Shown: positions 25,801 through 36,650 of the stretch, piece after piece
Layout of the letters: every line of letters begins with the position of its first letter
How positions within the stretch are numbered: position 1 is the stretch's first letter
Assembly (NCBI RefSeq): GCF_963921235.1
Contig: NC_086109.1
Coordinates: 36,644,001 to 36,708,000 of the forward strand
Origin: Mobula hypostoma
Taxonomy: Eukaryota
Reading direction: 5' to 3'
Length of the DNA stretch: 64,000 nt
Position numbers and translations under genes: made by a program
Notes under the pieces: model-generated
The model's input: the letters and a program-made list of their open reading frames with translations, nothing else
Databases searched by the model: none
Told to the model about the DNA's origin: nothing

Positions 25801-27559
25801 ATAGTGATGTTGTTCAGGGGCGGATAATCGATGCAAGGATGGAGCTTGCCATCTTTCTTGCTCACAAAAACGAAACCTGTTCCTGCCGGCAAGGTTGACG
25901 GATGGATAAACCCTATGCCCAATGGCTTGTTAATGTATTCCTCCATGGCCACCGTTTCAGGACAAGAGAAGGAAAAGAGCCGGCCCTGGGGAGGACTAGT
26001 GCCAGGTAGGAGATCTATGGGACAGTTGTATGGCCGGTGAGGGGACAGGGTGGTGGCCTTTCTTTTACTGAGTGCTTGGAACATGCCGCCCAGAAGTGTC
26101 CTCGATCACCACAGTAGAGGCAGGAACCTGTCCTCAGGCACCGCTCTCATTCCTCCTGACACAGGCGCATGCATAGACTCCTCCGTGGGCTGGGTGCTGG
26201 GGGGTGAGGGAAGATGGTGATCTAGCGGTGTGTAGGAAGTTTGAAACATTCTTTTCCTGCGCCACTCAGTTACCCAGTTGTCAACATGAATAGCCAGATT
26301 AATCAGATCATCCAGCCCAGACTATCCTGCTCATCCTGGACAGTGACCTCATGCCAGACCCCTGCATTCAGTCCACGCTGGAAGGCAGTGATGAGAGATC
26401 TCTCATTCCATCACATCTCTACTGCAAAGGTACAGAATTTGACTGCATAAGCTCTCACCATTCCTCTGCCTTGGTGCAGGTCCAACAGTCGGTGGGCAAC
26501 CTCCTGACCCCATACTGGAAGATCAAAAACTCTCCATAACTCCGCCGCAATATGTTGGAATGACTGGGCTGCGGGGTATCCTTGCTCCCGTAAAGTGTTG
26601 AACAGACTGAGTGGAAGTCCATCAAGAAGATTGACAATGTACGCCAATTTTCACACATCCTCACCAAAATAACCAGGCTGGGTTTGGAATGTCAGCTCGC
26701 ATTGGGTAATAAAATTCCTGCAACCATCGGGATCACCAGACTATCTGCCTGGTGGTGGAATACTCTGTCGCCGTACGGCCGTGGGAGTCGGCTCTGGTCC
26801 AGGCGCGGGAGCGGGAATGGGAGCATTAGTAGCAGAGCTTGTTGGGGCAGCAGAAGAGGAGGAGCTGCGAGATGCTGGCAGTGGGACTGAGGCGGCCTGA
26901 AGCTGCTGAATTGAGCTGGCCAGAACGTTAGTGGCTGTCAGCTGATGCTGGCTGTTCACAATAAGGTCATCGATGGCGGCCGTGAGTGCAGAAATAGCAG
27001 ACACCTGAGTCCGATTGTCTGTGATGAACTGAATAGTTGCGGCTAGGGACGATACCTGTTCCTTCAAATGAGACTGGGCTTGTCGGCATGAGGTTATCTG
27101 CCTCATTACCTCCGTAACTTCACTGAGAACAGATTACATCGCCTGTAGCTTCTCTCCGACCTAACTAATGAATCTCATGGCTGTGGTAAACCATATATAT
27201 GTTGTAACTGGGTTAACTGTCTGGACACGCCCCTCTGCTGACTGCCCCTGTGGCTCCTCCCACAGAATCCTGAATAAAGGTGATTTCGCCTTACCCCTCC
27301 CCCTCAGTCCGGGGGCAGACGCTCAGCATGGAGGTCACTCGTCTTCAGAGTCAGTTGACTTCAAAGTCCAATATCTCAGGGAAGACCGAATGCAAAACAG
27401 CAGCGAAGCGTTGCTATGCTCTGTACATGTCTCGACAAGCACTATGACGACAAGTATGGAGTTAAATACTATCACAATTAAATAATAATTAGCTGACACA
27501 TGTAAATTCAGAAGCGCAATTGCCATATCTACTGCACTGTTGGATCCGTGGTTGTGACA
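22871..27559 (-). mobile_element. Chromovirus (Sushi-like) Gypsy LTR retrotransposon, degenerate
   Basis: 3' LTR 22871-23295, partial 5' LTR 27337-27559, PPT 23296-23310, flanks atggg/ctggg (4/5 TSD). Gag remnants 26400-27106; RT CIDY..NRYPLP and YLDD; RNase H EVDASD; integrase SVDFITGLP, SDRGPQF; chromodomain QYLVDWEGYSPEERTW. Confidence 0.95.
27182..27336 (+). mobile_element. Fragment of an unrelated LTR replacing the chromovirus PBS/U5
   Basis: Starts tgtggtaaacc, contains gaataaagg, and has no similarity to LTR 22871-23075, which should occupy this position. Confidence 0.5.
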
Positions 27560-27910
27560 CTGGGTGGCCAGGTCGATACCAGGAAAATTGAAATCTCCCA
27601 CTAGCACAACGCCACTATTATTACAAATATGTGCAATTTCTTGACACATCTGCTCCTCAAGTTCCCACTAATTATTGATGATCTATATAACATAGACCCC
27701 CTTTTAAAGGTGGTGACCATATCCTTCACATTTCGCAATTCTATTCAGATGGTCTTGTTCAACGATCCCTCAAGAATATCCTCCCTAAGCTCTTCTGTTA
27801 TGCCCTCCCTTATCAAAAAGGCAACAGCCCATCCATTCTTACCAGTTCTGTCACTCCTGGAGCATCAGTATCCCAGAACATGCACCTGCTAGTTCTACCC
27901 TTCTGTGAAG
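27560..27910 (-). mobile_element. CR1 APE-endonuclease fragment hosting the chromovirus (continues at 22750-22870)
   Basis: VVLVGDFNFPGIDLAT on one side continues as HSVKGLNRAE..QYIEESTQEGAILDLVL on the other side of the insertion. Confidence 0.85.
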
Positions 27911-27959
27911 CCAATGTGTGACCACCAGAAGACGCTCTGTGACGCTCTGTGACACTGTG

Positions 27960-28565
27960 ATGCTCTGTCCGCCAGAGAAAGCAGGATCACCCAGTGGCCA
28001 CACATTTTAATTCCACGTCCCATTCCCATTCTGCTATGTCTATCCACGGCCTCCTCTACTGTAAAGATGAAGCCACACTCAGGTTGGAGGAACAACACCT
28101 TATATTCCGTCTGAGTAGTCTCCAACCTGATGGCATGAACATTGACTTCTCAAACTTCCGCTAATGCCCCACCTCCCCTTCGTACCCCATCCGCTAATTT
28201 ATTTATATACATACATTCTTTTTCTCTCTCTCTCTTTTCTCCCTCTGTCCCTCTTACTATACCCCTTGCCCATCCTCTGGGCTTTTTCCCCCCCTCCCCC
28301 TTTTCTTTCTCCCTCGGCCTCCTGTCCCATGATCCTCTCATATCCCTTTTGCCAATCACCTGTCCAGATCTTGGCTCCATCCCTCCCCCTCCTGTCTTCT
28401 CCTATCATTTCGGATCTCCCCCTCCCCCTCCCACTTTCAAATCTCTTACTAGATCTTCTTTCAGTTAGTTCTGACGAAGGGTCTCGGCCCGAAACATCGA
28501 CTGTACCTCTTCCTACAGATGCTGCCTGGCCTGCTGCGTTCACTAGCAACTTTGATGTGTGTTGC
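27960..28565 (+). mobile_element. Penelope-like element 3' end (end of GIY-YIG endonuclease region plus pseudo-LTR)
   Basis: Translates as PVATHFNSTSHSHSAMSIHGLLYCKDEATLRLEEQHLIFRLSSLQPDGMNIDFSNF, followed by a pyrimidine-rich tract and a hammerhead motif. Confidence 0.85.
28467..28502 (+). ncRNA. Minimal type I hammerhead ribozyme motif
   Basis: agtt CTGACGA a ggg tctcgg ccc GAAA catc gact: both core boxes, 3-bp stem II, stem I agtt/gact, AUC triplet. Confidence 0.75.
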
Positions 28566-28589
28566 TCCGAGTTCTTCCCTCCCCTCTTT

Positions 28590-29120
28590 GCGGCTGATAA
28601 TCTCTAATGCAGGCAACATCATGGTTAACCTCTTCTGCACCCTTTCCAACTCCTTTCTGTCATGAAATGACCAGCAACATGCACAATAATCCAAATATGT
28701 CCTAACCACAATTTTATAGAGCAACAAATATGACTTCTAAACCCCAGCTGACGAAGGCAAGTATATCATATGCTTACTTTTTACCACTCTATCCACTTGT
28801 GCTGCTACTTTCAGGAAGCTACGGACTTGAATTCCAAGATAACTTATGTATATTAATTCCTCTATGGGTCTTGCATTTACTGCAGTCTTTCCTCTTGCAT
28901 TTGACCTTGCAAACTGCAAGACCCCTGTCTGCCCACATTTCCAACAGTTTTATATCCTACTGAATGCTTTGACAATATTTCTCAATATCCACAACTTGGC
29001 CAGATTTTCTGTCGTTTGCCAACGTACAGATCAGACCAACATTTTTGTGCAATATCTCACAGGGATATTGTCTCTGCTCTAATCCCTGCATAAAGTCACC
29101 GGTCATAGACCTCCAGTCAT
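28590..29120 (-). mobile_element. Decayed CR1 fragment
   Basis: ORFs MLLYKIVVRTYLDYC and LKVAAQVDRVVK. Confidence 0.75.
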
Positions 29121-29746
29121 AATAACACCCAAACAATGAACACACAAATTGCACTGAACTGGGTCTGCTGCTTGGAATGACTGTCAGCAATTGAATCAGG
29201 CTTTCAGTCACTGTGGCTATGTATGGAGAGTTTCTCACTGACCATGCACACCCTGGAATCCAGTTATGTGACCTGAATAGGTTCATGTCTCAAGCTCAGC
29301 GGAGGCCCCAGCCTTAAAAGGCCTACAACAGTAGTAACCAACCAGTAAGTCTAAATCTACAGGGCTGAAGCATTTTTCTGTAAAACAAGTTAAACAAATG
29401 ACCAAGATATTCATAAGGGAATATGCCAAGAGAGAGTAGAATAGAAAGAAACAAAAACAGATTACCAGATCTCTCAACCAATCAACCTGGTTGAAACAAT
29501 AAAAAAAAATGCTGAAATCTTTTGAAGATGGGAAATGGATTAACTGGAAAATAACAATAGAACTGAGAACAGTGCACTTGGATTTGTGCAAGGAAAATCA
29601 TATTTGACAAATCTTCTTCTGTTTCCTCCTTGATCAGATGTTTTCTTTTAAACAGAATAGAAAAAGGCAAAACATTTGATGCAGAATATTTGGACTTTCA
29701 AAAGGTTGTTGATAAAGTACCATACAAGAGACAATTATAGAAAATT

Positions 29747-32700
29747 TCAGTAAGGCATTTGATAAAGTTCCCCATGTAAGGTTAATTCAGAAAGTAATGA
29801 GGCATGGGATCAAAGGAGGCCTTGCTTTGTGGATCCAGAATTGGCTTGCCCACTGAAGGCAAAGGGTGGTTGTCAATGGTCCGTATTCTGCTTGGAGGTC
29901 GGTGACCAGTGGTGTTCTGCAGGGGTCTGTTCTGGGATCCGTCCTCTTTGTGATTTTTATAAATGACTTGGATGAGGAAGTAGAGGGGTGGGTTAGTAAA
30001 TTTGCTGATGACACAAAAGTTGGAGGTGTTGTGGATAGTCTGGAGGGTTGTCAAAGGTTACAGTGTGACATTGATAGGACGCAGAACTGGGCTGAGAAGT
30101 GGCAGATGGAGTTCAACCCAGATAAGTGTGAAATGGTTCATTTCAGCAGGTCAAATTTGAAGACAGAATATAATATTAATGGTAAGACTCTTGACAGTGT
30201 GGAGGATAGGCAAGATCTTGGGGTCCATGTCCACAGGACACGCAAAGCTGCTGCGCAATTGACAGTGTTGTTAAGAAGGCGTATGGTGTGTTGGCCTTCA
30301 TCAACCATGGGACTGAGTTCAAGAGCCATGAGGTAATGTTTACAGTTATAAGACCTTAGTTAGGCCCCACTTGGAGTACTGTGTTCAGTTCTGGTCACCT
30401 CATTACAGTAAGGATGTGGATACTACAGAGAGAGTGCAGAGGATATTTACAAGGATGATGCCTGGATTGGAAAGCATGCCTTATGAGAACAGACAGAGTG
30501 TACTTGGCCGTTTCTCCTTGGAGCAATGGAGGCTGAGAGGTGACCTGATAGAAGTGTATAAGATGATATACCTTTCACATGTGTGAAAGAAGTGCATGGA
30601 GTAAAGCCAGTATCTAACATATAGAGAGGCTTTGAGGAAAGAGAAGCAGAATAAATGGTGTAAAGACAGTAAGGTAGAAGGGCTGAAATATGTGCACCTC
30701 AATGCAAGAAGCATCAGGAACAAACGTGATGAACTGAGAGCTTGGATACATACATGGAATTATGATGTAATAGCCATTACAGCGATTTGGCTGGCATCAG
30801 GACAGGAATGGATTCTCAGTATTCCTGGATTTCAGTGCTTTAAAAGGGATAGAGAGGGCGGAAAAAGGGGAGGAGGGGTGGCATTACTGGTCAGGGATAC
30901 TATTACAGCTACAGAAAGGGTGCGTAATGCAGCAGGATCCGCTTTTGAGTCAGTATGGGTGGAAGTCAGGAACAGGAAGGGAGCAGTTACTCTATTGGGG
31001 GTATTCTACAGGCCCCCCCGGTAGCAGCAGAGATACAGAGGAGCAGATTGGGAGGCAGATTTTGGAAAGGTGCAAAAATAACAGGGTTGTTATCACGGGT
31101 GACTTTAACTTCCCTAATACTGATTGTCACCTGATTATTTCCAAGGCTTTAGATGGGGCAAAGTTTGTTAAATGTGTCCAGGACGGATTCTTGTCACAGT
31201 ATGTGGCAGGCCAACTAGGGGGAATGCCATACTAGATCTAGTACTAGGTAATGAACCGGGTCAGGTCACAGATCTCTCAGTGGGTGAGCATCTGGGGGAC
31301 AGTGACCACCGCACCCTGGCCTTTAGCATTATCATGGAAAAGGATAGAATCTGAGGACAGGAAAATTTTTAATTGGGGAAGGGCAAATTATGAGGCTATA
31401 AGGCTAGAACTTACGGGTGTGAATTGGGATGATGTTTTTGCAGGGAAATGTACTATGGACATGTGGTCGATGTTTAGAGATCTATCGCAGGATGTTAGGG
31501 ATAAATTTGTCCCATTGAGGAAGATAAAGAATGGTAGGGTGAAGGAACTATGGGTGACATGTGAAGTGGAAAATCTAGTCAGGTGGAAGAAGGCAGCATA
31601 CATGAGGTTTAGGAAGCAAGGATCAGATGGGTCTATTGTGGAATATAGGGAAGCAAGAAAGGAGCTTAAGAAGAGGCTGAGAAGAGCAAGAAGGGGGCAT
31701 GAGAAGGCCTTGGTGAGTTGGGGAAAGGAAAACCCCAAGGCATTCTTCAACTATGTGAAAAACAAAAGGATGACGGGACCGATTAGAGATAAATGTGGGA
31801 AGGTGTGCCTGGAGGCTGTGGAAGTGAGCGAGGTCCTCAATGAATACTTCTCTTCGGTATTCACTAATGAGAGGGAACTTGATGATGGTGAGGACAATAT
31901 GAGTGAGGTTGATGTTCTGGAGCATGTTGATATTAAGGGAGAGGAGGTGTTGGAGTTGTTAAAATACATTAGGACGGATAAGCCCCCGGGGCCTGACGGA
32001 ATATTCCCCAGGCTGCTCCACGAGGCGAGAGAAGAGATTGCTGAGCCTCTGGCTAGGATCTTTATGTCCTTGTTGTCCACGGGAATGGTACCGGAGGATT
32101 GAAGGGAGGCGAATGTTGCCCCCTTGTTCAGAAAAGGTAGTAGGGATGGTCCAGGTAATTATAGGCCAGTGAGCCTTACGTCTGTGGTGCCAAAGCTATT
32201 GGAAAAGATTCTTAGAGATAGGATCTATGCGCATTTAGAGAATTATGGTCTGATCAGGGACAGTCTGCATGGCTTTGTGAAGGGCAGATCATGTTTAACA
32301 AGTGTGATAGTGTTCTTTGAGGAGGTGACCAGGCATATAGATGAGGGTAGTGTAGTGGATGTAATCTACATGGACTTTAGTAAGGCATTTGACAAGGTTC
32401 CACACGGTAGGCTTATTCAGAAAGTCAGAAAGCATGGGTTCCAGGGAAGTTTGGCCAGGTGGATTCAGAATTGGCTTGCCTGCAGAAAGCAGAGGGTCGT
32501 GGTGGAGGGAGTACATTTGAATTGGAGGGTTGTGACTAGTGGTGTCCCACAAGGATCTCTACTTTTCGTGATTTTTATTAACGACCTGGATGTGGGGGTA
32601 GAAGGGTGGGTTAGCAAGTTTGCAGACAACATAAAGGTTGGTGGTGTTGTAGATAGTGTAGAGGATTGTCAAAGGTTGCAGAGAGACATTGATAGGATGC

Positions 32701-33865
32701 AGAAGTGGGCTGAGAAGTGGCAGATGGAGTTCAACCCGGAGAAGTGTGAGGTGGTACACTTTGAAAGGACAAACTCCAAGGCAGAGTACAAAGTAAATGG
32801 CAGGATACTTGGTAATGTGGAGGAGCAGAGCGATCTGGGGGTACATGTCCACAGATCCCTGGAAGTTTCCTCACAGGTGGATAGGGTAGTTAAGAAAGCT
32901 TATGGGGTGTTAGCTTTCGTAAGTCAAGGGATAGAGTTTAAGAGTCGCAATGTAATGATGCAGCTCTATAAAACTCTGGTTAGGCCACACTTGGAGTGCT
33001 GTGTCCAGTTCTGGTTATCTCACTATAGAAAGGATGTGGAAGCATTGGAAAGGGTACAGAGGAGATTTACCAGGATGCTGCCTGCTTTAGAGAGTATGGA
33101 TTATGATCAGAGATTAAGGTAGCTAGGGCTTTACTCTTTGGAGAGAAGGAGGATGAGAGGAGACATGATAGAGGTGTACAAGATAATAAGAGGAATAGAT
33201 AGAGTGGATAGCCAGCGCCTCTTCCCCAGGGCACCACTACGCAATACAAGAGAACATGGCTTTATGGTAAGGGGTGGGAAGTTCAAGGGGGATATTAGAG
33301 GAAGGTTTTTTACTCAGATAGTGGTTGGTGTGTGGTATGCACTGCCTGAGTCAGTGGTGGAGGCAGATACACTAGTGAAGTTTAAGAGATTACTAGACGG
33401 GTATATGGAAGAATTTAAGTTGGGGGCTTACATGGGAGGCAGGATTTGAGGGTCGGCACAACATTGTGGGCTGAAGGGCCTGTAATGTGCTGTACTATTC
33501 TATGTTCTATGCTCTATGATGAGGGGCATTAAGTGTGTGGATAGCCAGAGGCTTTTTTCCCAGGACTGAAATGGATAACACAAGGGGGCATAGTTTTAAG
33601 TTGCATGGAAGTAGATGCAAGGGGTAAGTCAGAGGTAAGTTTTTCGCATAGACAATGGTGGGAGTGTGGAATGCACTGTCAGCAAAGGTGGCAGAGGAGG
33701 ATACATTAGGGTCTTTTAAGGGACTCTTAGATAGGTACGTGGAACTAGGAAAAATAGAGGGCTATGTGGAAGGGAACTTCTAGGCAGTTTCTAAAGCAGG
33801 TTACGTGGTCGGCGCAACATTGTAGGCCGAAGGGCCTGTAATGTGCTGTAGAATTCTATGTTTCT
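29747..33865 (+). mobile_element. Middle CR1 (29747-30567 and 33521-33865)
   Basis: RT GVLQGSVLG..KFADDTK; EVYKM|MRGI is split by the inner element; own tail ttctatgtttct. Confidence 0.88.
30568..33520 (+). pseudogene. Inner CR1 with nearly complete but disrupted ORF2
   Basis: LNARSIRNK, FYRPP, GDFNFP, SDH, then RT (32124-33122) with FADN and a deletion in QGSVLGP; 3' UTR and (ttctatg)n tail; atgat at both ends. Confidence 0.95.
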
Positions 33866-34789
33866 AAAGTTAAAGCACACGATATCAATGTTAATATAGT
33901 AGAGTGGACTGAGAATTAAATAGTGAACGAAAAAACAATATCAGAAGAGAGAGTCATTCAAAAGTTGGGGGCTGTGACCATTTGAAGTGTCACAGGGATC
34001 AGTTGAAGGGCCACAACTGATCATAGCCTATAATCAGTGACTTGATTGAGAAGTTCAATATATCCATTTTCCCTAATGATACAACATTAGGTGCCTGTTG
34101 TGGGCCCTGCAAAGCATATAGGGAAAATTCAGAGGGATAGGGATAAAAGTGGTCATGTGGACAAAAGTAACGTTCTAGATGAAGTATAATGTGAAGAGGT
34201 AAGGGATTCTACATTTTAGCAGGGAAAAAAAGCTAAAATTGTTCAAATCATGAAAGATTACAGGATATTGGTATTCAGTGAGACCCAAGTATCCTCGTAC
34301 AAATTTACTTGTCCAGTAATTTGCAAGGTTAACAGCAATTAAGACAAACAGCATATTGTTCTTTATTGCAAGAGGATCAAGTACAAGAACAGAGATACCT
34401 TGCTTCAGTAATGTGGACCCCAGTTAGACTATATCTGAACTACTGAGTTATGGTCTGGTGTCTCAGCCCGAAGGGAATTCTTATGATAGATTTATCCCCA
34501 AGATGTGGGATTGTTGTATTTGGTGCCTGTACTCTGGAGTTTCAAAGAAAGAGAAGCAAAGCCATCATGCAAAAATGTCTCATTGTTAATGTTGATGAGG
34601 AAGCTAGAACCGGGATGTTCGGAAGGTCCCAGGACCAATTCTTTTTCAAAAAAGTGTGTTTGATGAGGTTGGGAAGAAGAGTCTCACAACCATACGCATA
34701 AAGCAAAAAGAAAAAGTAATGAAAAATAGCCACAGCAACAAGCTTGATTGCAACATTTGGCTCTCAAATGAGACAAGAGGAAATTTGCA

Positions 34790-36650
34790 TAGTGATTTTG
34801 CAATCTGTGCTGCAAATGAAATTGATGAAGAAAATAAACAGAAGTCTATCTTAATCACCATCATAAGAACTTCAGAGTATAACTTAATGAAAAACTTGGT
34901 TATACAATGTTTTAGGAATTAGAGAATTCATTGTGGATTCACTTTACGAGGGGTGATTGATAAGTTTATGGCCTAAGGTTGAAGGAGTCAATTTTAAAAA
35001 ACCTAACATGTTTATCTTTCCTACATTTACACACTTAGTCCAGCGGTTGTGGAGCATACGGATCTCTTCTTTGTAAAAGTCGGCGTCTTGGGCCTCCAGA
35101 AGTGGTCCACAGCAGGGGTGATTGATAAGTTCATGGCCTAAGGTAGAAGGAGATGAGTTATTAACTTCAAACTTTCTGCATTTTCACTCAAAGAGTTGAA
35201 CTGCCCATGCATGTAACTCATCTTCTTCTACCTTAGGCCACGAACTTATCAGTCACCCCTCGTAAATTGAAACTAGGAGAAATCATGAAAAGATTTAAGT
35301 TTCATTCACAGACAAATAAAAAGTAATGAAACTGGCTAAATATGTAGCCACGTAGGGGGAGTTTATCTAAACAGATTATGGCAACAGATTCTCTCCAGTG
35401 CTTGGGGATAGGTTATAATAGAACAGTCCAATAATCTGGCCCCTTGGTGTTATCCGATTAATAACTTCACAAGCCTATTGACTAATATCCTTATTAATGG
35501 CCTAATAAAACTTTAATTCACTTATAAAATGGTGCACAGTGGAATAATATTTTCTTTTTACTGTATATTTAAGGGGGGACCAGTAAATATAACTCCATTG
35601 CGATTAAATAGAATGTGAAAATGAGGCTCCAGTGAGACAGATGCAACATCATTGGAATTTCCAAATTATTAGATACCAAATTATTTGAATTCTGTGTATG
35701 ACCAAGCTCAGAGGTAAACCTGAAATTTGAAAATACACTGAAAATAGTCTAAGCAAGAAAACACCTTTAACATTAGCAAGCAAGGTGGAAGGGATGTGTG
35801 GGAGCATGTGCACCACGTATTGCCTGAGTGTTGCTTCAAGCTACAAAAATGACAAATTTGCAGTTTAGAAGACTGCACAGCTGAACATTAGGGGAATAAA
35901 TATGAAAGATGAACAAGCAAAATGAAAATCAGAAAACAAAAGAAGGCATTCTTAGTTTCTGAACTTTCACCGTAAGTGAAGACTGTAATACAGAGGAACT
36001 GTGCACAGTGATCATTGTAAGGGTCTCAATAAATGTAAAACTATTGAATGTTGTAATGAAGAGAAATGGCAGAGATTTGACTCAAGACTGGGTGCAACAT
36101 TACAGGACTAATTATGCAGTTGCAGTGAAGCAAGTTACTGGAGGAACTCAGTGAGTAGGCAGCATCTATAGAGGGAAATAGAGAATCAACGTTTTGAGTC
36201 AAGACCATTCATTTGACCTTTTTAGTCCAGACAAAAGGTCTCAATTCAAAATATCAACAATGCATTCAACACAACACAGCTGAACTTCCGAAAAGTGCTA
36301 AAAACTTTGTAAAGCTGCCTGTGAAGACTTTTGCAGATTGAAGCATTGAAGTAATCAGAATTGCTGAAATGAAAGCAAAATATCAAAGGCTCAATAAAAC
36401 CGGAAACTTGCAGACTCTAGACCAAACAAATTGGGAAGATGATGGGTGAATGAAATCCCTTTTGATTGGTGAAACATTCATTACATTAAAATGTATGAAG
36501 TTGGAAGTGCTGGGAAATCATGAAGGTTTTCATAAATGAACCGAGCATCCAAGCCAAAATTCATGCTGATATCAACTCCCCAATGCAGTTCTTCAAGCTA
36601 GACTCACTGTGTTATACAATGATACAAAAATCAGAGGCAAAAGTTGTCAG
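34790..36650 (+). mobile_element. Very old Gypsy gag-pol remnants
   Basis: AANEIDEENKQKSILITII..YNLMKNL (gag N-terminus-like), KRFKFHS after the MITE, and AKIHAD..PMQFFKL (pre-RT-like) in ORF 36520. Confidence 0.5.
34947..35262. mobile_element. Mariner-type MITE
   Basis: TA|cgaggggtgattgataagttt...aacttatcagtcacccctcg|TA, about 40-bp TIRs, no coding capacity. Confidence 0.9.

Larger units (their letters stand above)
29480..34560 (+). mobile_element. Outer, oldest CR1 of a triple-nested stack (29480-29746 and 33866-34560)
   Basis: FQKVVDKVPYKR before the insert continues as KVKAHDINVNIVEW after it. Confidence 0.7.

Noticed and set aside
28142..28607. Several overlapping 76-147 aa ORFs
   Set aside because: They come from the low-complexity pyrimidine tract of the Penelope 3' region.
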